From Octopus vulgaris (Eukaryota), in NCBI GenBank assembly GCA_951406725.2, contig OX597825.1, positions 83,700,001 to 83,764,000 of the forward strand: a DNA stretch of 64,000 bases, read 5' to 3'. A program made the position numbers and the translations under genes. The notes below the pieces were generated by a model. That model was not told the DNA's origin. It saw only the letters and a program-made list of their open reading frames with translations, and made no database searches. Positions 39,656 through 53,159 of the stretch are shown here, one piece after another (the stretch's first letter is position 1; every line of letters begins with the position of its first letter).

Positions 39656-40660
39656 TATTGGTAGACTTTTGTAGCTGTAAGACAGCGATTAGGATTGGTC
39701 GTTTTGCATGTCAAAGGATGGACCTCTTAATGAAAATCTTATATATTTGGTTTGGGAGAAGAAAAAAAATAAACAAATACCCACCCAAAATGTATAGTCT
39801 CTTTGTATGCTTGTTTTATATATTATTTGATATTCTTTCTTTTCTATTTTTGTGAGTTTTTTTTTTTTTAGTATTTTTATTCATTTTTATTCATTTCTAT
39901 TTATTTATTTATTTCTCTTTTTCCTTTATGCAAACAGAATCGTAAGAGACTTACTTGGGAAAGTTGTATAGTTGAACAAAACTTCCGATTTGCTATCATT
40001 TCCTTCATTGACAATGAAAATTGTTCGCTGTGAAATAGTAATTATATTTTCTGCAGATAAAGAAAGTTTCCAGACTAGACTCCTACTGATGAACAACATA
40101 ATCTTAGCGCTGGTGTTATTTGTATTTTTATTGTCCATTTTGTCTTGTTTATTTTATTGTTTTGATGTAGCAGAGCTCGGCGGGGGGAGGGGCAGAGGTT
40201 AGATATTTCTTTTTCCTTTTCTTTTCCATTTTTTTTATTTGCTGTTTTCTTTTGGGTAGGGGCTGCCGGTGGGTTGGCGTGTACTTAACACAAGGCGAAG
40301 TTTTATAGGCAAAAAGTGAAGTATTGATTAAATCGACCCGTCTTTTTTTTTTATTATTCAGTTCTTACATGTTTGTATATTCCGTTACTGGATATAGATT
40401 TGGGGAATAAATATTTACATGAGACTATTCCTACTAGGTAGGAAATACAATCAATTCGATTCTATATTTCAAAACCAATACAATCACAAGAAACTCCCAA
40501 ATATTTCACTGGTACTTGATTTTATCTGTTAACAAAGACAGGCAATCACCCACGATGGGATTCCAGTTCGAGAAAGAAACATGTTTTCCGGTTTAGCCTC
40601 AAGGCCAGCGCTATCGAGGGACCATCGTTAATCGATAGTATAAATCTCAGTAATAGACAC

Positions 40661-40723
<63 letters not shown>

Positions 40724-40730
40724 ATATGTA

Positions 40731-40814
<84 letters not shown>

Positions 40815-40815
40815 G

Positions 40816-40848
<33 letters not shown>

Positions 40849-40857
40849 ATGTGTTCA

Positions 40858-40893
<36 letters not shown>

Positions 40894-41048
40894 CACATGC
40901 ATTTATGGGTACAGGATGTCACCAACAGTAAACAATATGAAGTGCAAAATCAAAAAAAGTTCAATACGCAAACAACGCGAGAAGCAAATGGAAAAGAGGA
41001 CAAGTAAGCGAAGTATTAATATGACGCTCGGAGAATGAAAAGAGTAGA

Positions 41049-41085
41049 TGTTTTACGTTTCGAGCATAGATCTTCTTCAGAAACA
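41049..41085 (-). ncRNA. Minimal type-I hammerhead ribozyme-like motif
   Basis: Minus strand TGTTT-CTGAAGA-A-GATC-TAT-GCTC-GAAA-C-G-TA-AAACA: 5-bp stem I, intact core, one stem II mismatch, palindromic ACGU stem III. Confidence 0.55.
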
Positions 41086-41191
41086 GAAAGTCCAAAGGGA
41101 AGAAGGAAGAAGCAGGATAGGTGAGGACATAAGTGCAAAACAAGGTCGATAAAAAACAACACTCGAATACCAAAGTAGAGTGATATGCTTT

Positions 41192-41363
41192 AATTAAAGC
41201 TACAAAATTGTCAGAAGACTGTTGCTCAGAATTTTACGGTTCCGTTCGTCAGACATTTGCGATGAAAAATCACAATTGTTTTTCAGTTCTTATCACAACT
41301 GTGCGACGAACAAGAACGTAGAATTCTGAGTAACAGCCTTGTGACAATTTTGCAGCTTTAATA
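41192..41363. repeat. ~170-bp imperfect palindrome with ~65-bp inverted arms
   Basis: ATTAAAGCTACAAAATTGTCAGAAGACTGTTGCTCAGAATT versus reverse complement of AATTCTGAGTAACAGCCTTGTGACAATTTTGCAGCTTTAAT. Confidence 0.85.
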
Positions 41364-41689
41364 GATAGATAGACAGATAGATACACATTTGGATCGGGGT
41401 CTTATTATATTATTCAATCTTCCTTTATCGTTTGACAATATGCATTTCACTTGCCTTCAACACCATTGTAAATCGTCTTGGAATTTATAAATAGTCAATA
41501 ATAAATAGTACATTTCTTGATCGACCTTAAGTGGGTGTCAGCAATAGTCAGCTTCGCAGAATTTAAACTCAGAACGTTGTGAGTTGAAACTTCAGAGATG
41601 TAGTATGAGGAACTAGAAAGTACTTTTTTTATTTCCCGATCTACCAATTACAGTTACAGTCCTTATTCATTTTTCTTGTTTACTTTTTT

Positions 41690-41727
<38 letters not shown>

Positions 41728-42806
41728 CAAATTGAGGAGTTTTAATTGACACCGTCTACCGTTCAAATCTATTATCCAGTTTCATGACTTTGAGTTATTT
41801 TCCTTTGTTCATTTTATTTTTTATACATTTATGTCAGGTAAGATGACCTTCATTCGTTTCTCACTTGTGAATATGTGGCAAATCAAAGGTCCGAGTTCAA
41901 AGGGGAGACAGAAGTGGCAAATAAACAAATGGCGAAATAAACATCAGACATGCTTTGCCCCGTAGAGAAACTGCAGGAGTTGCTCTGAAGTTTTGCAATC
42001 ATTTCTTCTAAATCTATCACAATGTTAGAAACCTTTCGGCATCATCAGCCGGTATCTCAGAGTCACAAGCATTTTGCCCCATGGCCTGAGTTGGGCAGCG
42101 AGGACTGAACAAATCTTGACCTGCAGAAGGGCCTCACTTCCTTTCATTCCATTGTTGTTACCCTTGTTTACGTGCAGTATAGCCAAATAGTTCAGGGTTC
42201 GATTCCGCTTCTTAGTAAATTCGGCATTTTATATTTTCTACAGACACGTGGAAGGGAAATTTGTAAACGGAAACTGTATAGAAGCCCGTCAGGTGTGTTG
42301 CACCTGTAATTCAACACTTGGATCCTTGTCACGCGCATACACACATACTGTATCACTTTGCTTTTGCCTAAGAATTACATTAAAGGTATATACATGCTTG
42401 TGGAATACTCAACAACTTTCACGTTAATTCAAGGGTATGTAATTCAGCTGTACAAATATCTGAATCCTCATCGGTAAACGACGGAGATCCACCACCAAGA
42501 CCAGTTTTACAGGTTTCAGTCTCTACATTAGAACCATGCTGGAGCAGTGCTTTCAGCGCTTGGAAATTAGTTGATTATATCGCCCACTAATCCTTCCAAC
42601 TTGCTACTTAACTGTATTGATCTTTATTTAATGGATTACTTCTCCTTCAGTGTAAAGAGACATAATTCGCCCGAAATAAAATAGAAGAAACAGCGTTTGG
42701 TTTCGATTCACCGATTTATTGGCATCCGCTTGCCAATATAGACACACATACATACATATATGCATAAATGAATGCACGTATATAGATAGTAGACAGACAG
42801 ACAGAC

Positions 42807-42889
<83 letters not shown>

Positions 42890-42924
42890 GAGATAGAGAG
42901 ACAGATATGTGTGGATGCGCATAT

Positions 42925-43245
42925 ATCAGGTTGGTGCAAAAGTAATGACCGATTTAAAAACCTAAGGTAAAAATGAATAAGCCAATGGAAATATTTATTC
43001 CTTAACAAACTCTCCATTGCTTTCACTGACCTCACTCCATCTTTGAACAACCTTATAAATGCCTCGATTGTAAAATTCTGTAGGTTTAGAACCAAAATAT
43101 GAATCCAACTCATTTTCAATCTCTTCTCTTGTTGTTAACCTAAGTCCATCCAAACGGTTCTGGAGTCCTCGGAACAAATGGTAATCAGAAGGATCAAGGT
43201 CAGGAGAATATGGAGGATGAGGCAGAATTTTTGCAACCAAGTTTA
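42925..43245 (-). mobile_element. Mariner (DD34D) transposon 3' fragment with TIR
   Basis: ORF 42995..43240 ILPHPPYSPDLDPSDYHLFRGLQN...FYNRGIYKVVQRW; TIR TA-TCAGGTTGGTGCAAAAGTAAT resembles Hsmar1/cecropia-type ends. Confidence 0.92.
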
Positions 43246-43920
43246 TAAATTCTTCAAGAACATAAGACTATCCATAACTATCGGAAATGAACACAACTCC
43301 GTAAACTTCTTGGACGTTAACCTCAATCTGGAAACGGGGATATATAAATCCTGATATAAGCTGAATGCCAACCTAAAATACATTAACATAAATAGTGACC
43401 ACCCAAGAAGTACTACTCTTTACTCTTTTAATTGTTTCAGTCATTTGACTGCGGCCATGCTGGAGCACCACCTTTAATCTAGCAAATCGACCCCGGGACT
43501 TAATCTTTGTAAGCCCAGTACTTGTTCTATCGGTCTCTTTTGCCGAACCGCTAAGTGACGGGGACGTAAACACACCAGCATCGGTTGTCAAGCAATGCTA
43601 GGGGGACAAACACAGACACACAAACACACACGCACGTAATATATATATACATATATGCGACGGGCTTCTTTCAGTTTCTGTCTACCAAATCCACTCACAA
43701 GGTTTTGGTCGGCCCGAGCCTATAGTAGAAGACACTTGCCCAAGGTGCCACGCCGTGGGACTGAACCCGGACCCATGTGGTTGGTAAGCAAGCTACTTAC
43801 CACACAGCCACTCCTGTGCCTAGACTAGTTGAAAATATATCAAAGAGGATTTCGAATCTCTCGAGGAATGAGGAAATTTAGAACCAGAAAATAGCACTAA
43901 ATAAAGCAGGATATATACAC
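43240..43920 (+). pseudogene. Penelope-like RT C-terminal fragment interrupted by SINE B (43414-43820)
   Basis: YKFFKNIRLSITIGNEHNSVNFLDVNLNLETGIYKS*YKLNANLKYININSDHP [SINE] RLVENISKRISNLSRNEEI, matching the PLE FLDV and Y-I-x-x-x-S-x-HP motifs. Confidence 0.8.
43414..43820 (-). mobile_element. SINE family B, full length
   Basis: Consensus match. Confidence 0.92.
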
Positions 43921-45638
43921 ATAATTTAAATAATACTGTACACATGTAGCAAGATACAAACAAAAATTAAAATACTATGAACCAAATGTAAATTTTAAAA
44001 AGAAGAACTATACACAAAACGATATTCACAATAATGAAATTGAAATAGAGGAAAATATGAATGAAATTAGAGGAAAATAAACATAAGTATAAAATTATTA
44101 AAGATGGAATTCGATATAAAATAGATGAAAATGATATATGAATGAAGACCAAGAAACAAATAGAAGGCATAAATAAGCCAAAAACAAATAACAAGGAAAG
44201 AAAAACTTGGGAACTGATCAAATTTAAAGATAATATCATTCCTTTCTACCCACATTTTTGCTCTGAAGAGATTTTTACCATTTAAATACATAATGTAATC
44301 TTAACTGCACAATATGAATGAAGGTAAGAAATTAAAACGTACGTAGGCGATATGAAATTGACTATTATATTTTTTATATATTGTATGTTTTTGTGTTTGT
44401 GTCTGGGCTCTCACCAACACTTGACAATCGGTCTTGGTGTGTTTACGTCCCCGAAACAAATACCATTCGTTCGGCTAAAACCTTTCGAGGCCGTGCTCCA
44501 GCATGGCCGCAGTCAACCGACTGAAACAAGTTTCAAACTTCAGTGTTGTTCTTCAATTTCTAAAGGATAAACAGTACCATATGCAAAACAGTAGACATAG
44601 ATGTCGCTGCAGTTTATTTCGTTCCAAAAGAGAAACATGTTTCGGTGCTATTTTTGGCATTTCTTTTCTTTGTTTCTTACGTAAGAGACGGTAATTGAAA
44701 TAAACATCAGAAATGTCTGTTGTAACATTACTCTAAAACAAAAGTGAAAACATATACAAGACGTAGTCTCGAGCAATGGTTGATGACTTCCGGGCACACA
44801 GTTTTATTTTATTATTATTTTTTTTTTGTTTTGGGGTTTTTTTTTGCAAGTCAAATTATATAAACACTTAAATTCTATCTTAAACGAAGCTAATCAATAG
44901 TATTTCACACAGAAAGTCATGAACACGACGTAAACAGACGCTAATTTTACCAGATGTTTCTGTAAGTAAAAGTAACAATATATATTAAGAATCCTTTTGA
45001 TAAAGAGGATTTTTTTTTCTGTCTCTCAAAATCATCGTGAGTAAACTAAAGCGTAAATTTCATTACCTAAACTGAGTTCCCAGAGGGGTTATTCGCTTAA
45101 TGCTAACCTGAATTGTATATGCCATCATCAGTTCTCCTGTCCCTAATTCAATGATGTAACAGCCGCTCGCGTTTTAAGTTCAAGGTCGTTTAGCAGACCA
45201 CATGTTGAGAAATTACTGCTGCAAACCATTTTGAAAAGGAATTAACTGGACGCAACTTAAAGCTTTTTGGTGCTGGCCATTTCTTTATATATAAATATGG
45301 CGTTAAATATTTTGAACGATTCGCAGTTTTGATGATGACAATGGAGTTATTGTGAACTGTCTCTAAAAATTATTCCGAGATCGATAAAATCATATCAATT
45401 AAATATTTGAATCGTTGGTTAATTAACTATATTCAGAAAAAAGTGTAACCTTTTGATTATTAAATAATTTATGGTAAATAGTCTCAATGGGCGCAGAAGG
45501 GGCTGTGTGGTAAGTAGTTTGCTTACCAACCACTAGGTTCCGGGTTCGACAAGTGTCTTCTATTATAGCCTCGGATCGACCAAAGCCTTGTGAGTGGATT
45601 TGGTTGACGGAAACTGAAAGAAGCTCGTCGAATATATC

Positions 45639-45669
<31 letters not shown>

Positions 45670-45683
45670 TTGTCCCCGACTAA

Positions 45684-45963
45684 CAGCGGGGAGAAGTATA
45701 TGTTGTCAGTTGACTTGCAGGAATTTGCTGCAGAATTAACTTTAAATCACACCATAATGTCTTGTGTATGTATGTTTGTATGTATGCACAGACAACGAAG
45801 CTACACTTGATGGAAATATCCACCAAGTTTCTTCAAAGCAGGCTCTACTGGTTGAGCCAACGATAAAATTTCTGCGCGGATTTTTGACCCACTAGAAATA
45901 ATAGCCAATAATTTTGCAGCAAATTCCTGCAAGTCAAATGGCAACATATTCGTCTCCCCGCTG
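45684..45963. mobile_element. 280-bp MITE with ~55-bp TIRs
   Basis: Left CAGCGGGGAGAAGTATATGTTGTCAGTTGACTTGCAGGAATTTGCTGCAGAATTA; right (reverse complement) CAGCGGGGAGACGAATATGTTGCCATTTGACTTGCAGGAATTTGCTGCAAAATTA. Confidence 0.88.
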
Positions 45964-46093
45964 AGTGGACTGGAGCAAAGTGAAATGAAGTGTTTTGCTC
46001 AAGAATGCAACGCGTCGCCCGGTCCAGGTACCGAAACCACAATCTTTACGAGCATGATGTTGACACCCTAACCACTAAACCACGCGCCTCCAC
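45961..46093 (-). mobile_element. SINE family D, 5' half (a SINE B 5' half lies at 45490-45680)
   Basis: Matches 19670-19783; a degenerate plus-strand relative lies at ~53815-54055. Confidence 0.85.
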
Positions 46094-47301
46094 GTTGTAT
46101 ATATATATATATATATAAACATATATAATATATTAGGGTGTGGTTTCGAAGATATTTGGTTGCTATTTCTTGCAGTCAGAGTATGCAAGTATAATTTTGT
46201 CCACATTTTCGCTCAACCTAAATTTCTGTTCGATTTTGATCATTGAAAGTATAAGAAAATTAAACATTTTCGAGTGAAATCTATACGTCGAATGAAATAT
46301 TTTTTCTATTTTCTGATAGTTAACTTCCAAAGCTTGTATCCTTTTGCGGCGGAAGCTTTGCAAATATAAATATATTCTGAAACACATGACGAGAAAGTAT
46401 CGTCCCAATATCAGCTTCGACTCTTTGACATATTCAAATTCACTTCTCTTTCCTGGTTTTCTTGAATACGTTACGTAATGTTGAATTCTTTTCGAAGGGT
46501 GCTCGGCAAACCACAAATTTATTCTGAAATCCATACGAAAAAAATCATAGCCCATCTGACTCAAAATTGTCTTCGACTCTCTAACATAGTCGAATTCATT
46601 TCTTTTTCCTGGTTTTCTTGAATAGATTAAGTATAATTTCTCCTTGTCCAACTCCCACACTACTTCGCAAGGTCATTTACACGACAATAAATCTCCTAAC
46701 GCTTCCAATTAATCGTTGTAATTCACTGTTTCAGAAGAATTTAAATATTTTATTTCGCTTAATGTGCACTGACTTAAAGTAAAGAGAAAACAGCTGTGAT
46801 ATTTATCGTTACATGTGTAGCGCTTTCCAGTGTCTTTTTCCTACCACATCAGCTACTATAAACTAGCAAAAACGTAACACAGGTCATTAAAATTCTTATA
46901 AATATGTTATATACTTGAAAAGTGGCTTATGCTTGAAAACAGATTTGCATTTAAATATCAGCCAGCGATTCTTGCACCTAGATTTGTTCGAAAACTGAAA
47001 CTATAAAAACAAAATTTAAAATTGTAAAATTTCTCTGCAATACAACTGATTGTTGTATAATAGACTAACTTTCCACACTATATGCTGCATCTTTCTTATA
47101 CCTACCTACCTACACACATACATACATACATACATACATACATACATACATACATACATACATACATACATACATACATACATGTATACATACATACAAA
47201 GAGAAAAAGATGGAGAGAGAAGTTGGTGATACAAACAGGAAGGTAGAACTCGAAAATGTATATATATATATATATATATATCTTTATATATATATATATA
47301 T

Positions 47302-47369
<68 letters not shown>

Positions 47370-47613
47370 CGTATGTATGTGTATATACTAAAATTAATAA
47401 TTATATATGTAAATAATATAATTATATTAAAGGGATCAGGAAATAACAAGCTCCAACATACTACAAGACGCCAAAATGCGCTATAAACCATATGTATATA
47501 TGTATATATATATGTGTGTGTATACAGAGAGAGAGAGAAAGACAGACAGAGAAAGATACATACTTACATGCATGCATATATATACATATGTATGTATGCA
47601 TGTATGTATATAT

Positions 47614-47725
<112 letters not shown>

Positions 47726-47852
47726 TTGCACATGCAGGTATATATATGTCAACACCCCAACATGCATATACAGAGGAAAATTAATTAAATGCGAATAGAA
47801 TGATATAAAACTCCAAGGCTGTGAAAGATTTCAGAACATTTATAAATAGAAG

Positions 47853-47900
47853 GTCTTACAGCTGTTTCCGGGATATTTTATATATCCCTTCATCGGAGAC
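47853..47900 (-). ncRNA. Hammerhead ribozyme-like motif (U4C variant)
   Basis: Minus strand GTCT-CCGATGA-A-GGGATAT-ATAAA-ATATCCC-G-GAAA-C-AGCT-G-TA-AGAC: stems I, II and III all pair; palindromic ACAGCUGU; GUA site. Confidence 0.6.
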
Positions 47901-49384
47901 GGTGTGAGAAAATGGTTAAGTAATAGTTATTTTAGATAAGATATAAAACAGAGAGTGAAGTGGAGGAATGAAAACATACGTGATATTGCTTCTGTAGTTC
48001 TATTATTTAGGCAGAATTGTATACATATAAGACTCCAACACCTTGTAAGTTCCAACAGTATTTAAAATCGGTCATTCCAAGCATAGAGTTTGTAAACGGT
48101 GTTATTGAGTCGAGGGTTCTGAAATCTTTCACAGCCGTGGATTTTTATCTCATTCTGTTAATTTTTTTGTATATACACCTGCTGATATATAACCTACGTT
48201 GGACTCTTCGTTCGCATAACCACCGAACCTTAGCTTAAATATAGTCTGTCCATAGCACTTACTAAGCATTACCTGACACCTTTGGCACTTATTGACACCA
48301 TTACCTCTCATAACCTCTATTTCTCGTTAAATGCTCTGACGCATGTCTCGCCGTTGTAGCTAATTAGAACCCTGCATTAGGTGTTCTAAGTGCATTTGGA
48401 AACGTAACCACACTGGATCATGAATGTTGATATATATTTCAACATCAACCGCTTACAAGCATGAGTCCATGTTAGGCCATTAGCCACCCATATGAAAGAA
48501 ACTTCCATATGTCCTACCCAAATGACTGTACGGTATATTGTATCAGTGGTGGCGCAATGGCCCAGCGGTTAGAGCAGTGTGTGTGTGTGCATCTTTGTGT
48601 TTGTGGCTGTCTCCTCCCACCGCATAACAATTGTTGTGGGTTTGTTTACGTCCTCATAGCCAAGCGGTTCGAAATAAAACCAAATGCTAGAGTAAGCAGC
48701 ATGCTCCTCAAACAATAACCACTGGTGTCGACATTTTCGACAAAAGACTTTTCCATGAGGCGTCCCATGATGGCAGCAATCTATTGACTGGAATGTGTAA
48801 AAGATAAAAAACATCGTTTAAAAGATTGAAATTTTCTGATAAATAATAATCAGAACAAATTTCCTTTCAACTGATTTTAAACCAAATATCCAAATAAATA
48901 CCAACATATTTTCCAGACGCTTATTCAAAATTATTTGGCTTCAGATTTCACGAATATTCTTCATACAGAAAAATTCGGGAGGCTCAGAAATGATTTCCAC
49001 TTTGAAGCAAACTTCGACGTTGCTTGCTGGGAATAGTTGAACAGTTGAAGAATGGTAATCCTGCTGTTTGGCAGAATCTTTGATATTCTGGCTTTAAACT
49101 GTAGACATCAAAGTTAAAAACGCCTTTGTCAATTCTAGCCGTATCCATTCTATGCCGATCCGTTTTGTCACAAGATAGAAATGGTTATTAATATTCCAAG
49201 ACATTCTACATGTGAAACATAGGAGTGAATTAGATGAAATGATATTTCGAACACTTTTATGAGTGCGATTTTACATTGATATATTTACAGGTATATACAT
49301 GTGTGCGTTGATATATACGTGTGTGTGTTTCTGTGAACATATAGACGTTTATGAATGCACACACACACACACACACACACACAT

Positions 49385-49441
<57 letters not shown>

Positions 49442-49522
49442 GAATAGATATACATACGTACATATATATATATATAGATAGATAGATAGAGAGATAGATA
49501 TAGATACATACACACACACACC

Positions 49523-49571
<49 letters not shown>

Positions 49572-50088
49572 GAATATTCAAACATACATTCACACTAATG
49601 TTCGTATATACATATATACATGAACAGATATACATACGTATATATGTATATATGTATATGTATGTATTATGTATGTATGTATTTATCTGTCTACCTATCT
49701 ATCTATCCAGATAGATAGATAGATAGATATAGATACATACACATACACACTTACACACATATATATATGAATATTCAAACGTACATTCACACTAATGTTC
49801 GTATATATGTGTGTATGTGTGCACAAACAGATGCACACACGCACACACACACACACATATATATATAAATACAGAGTGAAACAGAAAGATGACATGGACA
49901 GATAGTTGCATATATGCGTTCATGCATAAGCACACTCACGCAAACACACACACACATACACACACATATGAAGACACATGTAAAGTGACTTTTAGAATTA
50001 CACGCCATCCTCTTGTTGAGATTTGTCCACTAGAAAGATAGTTTGATCGAAAATTATATTAGATATTTTAACAACAACAACAATAATG

Positions 50089-50136
<48 letters not shown>

Positions 50137-50740
50137 TCAACACCAACAACCATAAAACAATAACACAAACGGGAATAAAGAGAGTTGGAGAAAGAACATG
50201 GTGATGGCGAAGGCTATGAGGAAATTAGAAGGAAAGACATATGAGGAAGAGGAAGAGGAGGAGGAGGAGGAGGAGGAGGAGGAGGAGGAGGAGGTTGAGG
50301 AGGACAATGATGATTATTACTACGAGGGGGTAAGGAGGGAGAGAAAGAAAGTCCTTTAGAGTGGAAATACTTCAGCAAAGAACAATAAAGCATATTTGGC
50401 AAGGAGAACAGAAAAAGACAACTAAATGCATGGATGCAAGATGTGGAAGTTATTAATCAATAACAGAAAATGTTGAAGAATACGGAATATAATGAAGTAG
50501 GAAATGTTGACATCAAATATGTGATGTTCTCAGATGCCATACTTAAAATCTGTAAGTGCATATACACCGATTGATATATATATATATGTGTATATATATA
50601 TATATGCGTGTTTTTGCAAAGTTACAAATCCTCTCTAATTAAGAAGAATGAAAATGCAATATGAAAGTAATTCATATGCGGAGAACATCTGAGAAGATTA
50701 CCTAGCTCTATATGTGTGTGAGTGTGTGTGTGTGTGTGTA

Positions 50741-50773
<33 letters not shown>

Positions 50774-50978
50774 GTGTTTGTTTCTGTGTGTGTGTATTGC
50801 ATATATATATATATATTAAGAAAACGGAGGCTGTCTGAAACATCCCTGAGAATGGATGAAAACGCTGAATAGAGAATTATCCAAAATTATGACTTCCTCC
50901 TTTTTCTCAATATAAAAATTCTGTGTATCACTTGTAACAACCTACACATCTAAATATATATATATTTGTGTGTGTGTG

Positions 50979-51062
<84 letters not shown>

Positions 51063-51624
51063 CGTGTGTGCATGCATGCGTGTGTATTAAATATATATGC
51101 ATATACGAAGGCGGTGAGCTTGCATAATCACTCGCCACCCTTGCAAAATACTTGGCGGCTTCTCTTCTGGGTATACGTTTTACGTTCAAAACTGTGGTAA
51201 CATGTGCCGAGTTCAACTTTACCTTTCATCCCTTCGGGTGCGATGAAAATAGGACGGGTCGATCTCGGAGTCAATGTAATGGTGGGGTCTTCTCCCAAAT
51301 TTTCAAGACATGTACTTATAGTTGAAATCATATATATGTATGCTTTTTTACTTTTCTACTCTAGGCACAAGGCCCAAAACTTTTGGGGAGGGAGCAAGTC
51401 GATTAGATCGAACCCAGTAAGCAACTGGTACTAAATTTAACGATCCCGTAAGGATGAAAAGCAAAGTCGACCTCGGCGGAATTTTCAAGTACCACTGTCC
51501 TGTTTTTAAAATACAACAAATCATGTACCAAGATTGCTTGGAGACACAAGGTACATTATTAAAATATTCCTAACCACGTGCCTCTATGGCAAAAAGCTTT
51601 TAGTTTGATACAATGTACATTAAA

Positions 51625-51690
<66 letters not shown>

Positions 51691-52859
51691 AGATATATAT
51701 ATAAGCTTTATTTGACCGATGCAGAATAATCTCAAAGTGCGTTCTGAGTTCTCTTCTGCATTCGAATAAAACAGGAAAATTATATTAATCATTGCTTAAC
51801 ATTGATTTTTTAGCTATTATTTACTGTTATAACCAATCAAATTCTTTATCATGAATTTTAACAATAGTAAATATCACATAGAAAATTGCAGCCAAAATTA
51901 GCAACACGTACACGGTTTTTAAAAAATAATAATAGTCTACCATAACATTAAATGGCCACTCTTAGATAAGATGACAAGTTATATGCAATTTAATGCTTTC
52001 TATATGTTAGCTTTATTTATAACCAGGAAAATTATTAATCTTGAAACATCAAAACAAAATATTATGGAACTAATCACATCGTGCTCCCATGAACGTAATT
52101 ACCGCCACAAAAACCTTAATAACATAGAAATACGAATAATATGAAATTAGGATCGGAAGCAATTTTCCATTTTATTTTTAGTTTCATTCATTATTTTCTA
52201 GTCATATAGATATCAGTTTCCATATTGTAAGTAATAGTGTTAGGGTGACCTCATTTCTTTAATATTGAACTAACAAGGACCTACAAATAAAACATAATCA
52301 CATCCATATCCAAACTGAAGGTTTAGAATCCCAGTTGAACTCAAATTATATCGGTGTATTTCATGGCTAATCAGTTTAAAGTCACTCTTGAATAAATAAG
52401 CTCCAAGAATTAGCTCGAAAAAACTTGATGATAGCTAAATGGATAAAGCAAAGAGATACCGAAAACGGTACATTCACACACACAAATATACATTGGGGAA
52501 TATATTTAACTGTTCAAATAAACAATCAAAGGGTTCAAAGGAAGACACATATGCAGCATTGAAAATGATTTATAGATGCAAACACAACAACATATACATA
52601 ATTACATTTAATTAAGCTTAGAGAACTGAAAACGTGTATAATAGTCAATAAGAATGCGGCGTGAAACGTTTCGGGGCGAAGGAATGATATTATTTTTATT
52701 CACATTTAATACAAAGATTAAAAGGACGAAAATAAATGCATAATCAAATTAGTATCTAATTTAACGAAATCCTGGTGGAAATATTACTCATAAACAACAA
52801 TTTTTCAACAAAAACACACTCACACGGACACTCACAAACATACAAAAACACACACACAC

Positions 52860-52892
<33 letters not shown>

Positions 52893-53014
52893 AACATACA
52901 TACCGCCATACAAACGCATACACATACGTTTAAACAAATAAGGACAGAGAGAGAGGTGTATAAATGTAAAAATATATATACATATACATATATCTATATC
53001 TATCTATCTATCTA

Positions 53015-53070
<56 letters not shown>

Positions 53071-53159
53071 TGTATGTATATATATGTATATTTCTATATA
53101 TATATGTATATATATTTATATGTGTGGGTGTATGTATGTATGTATATATGTATGTATGT

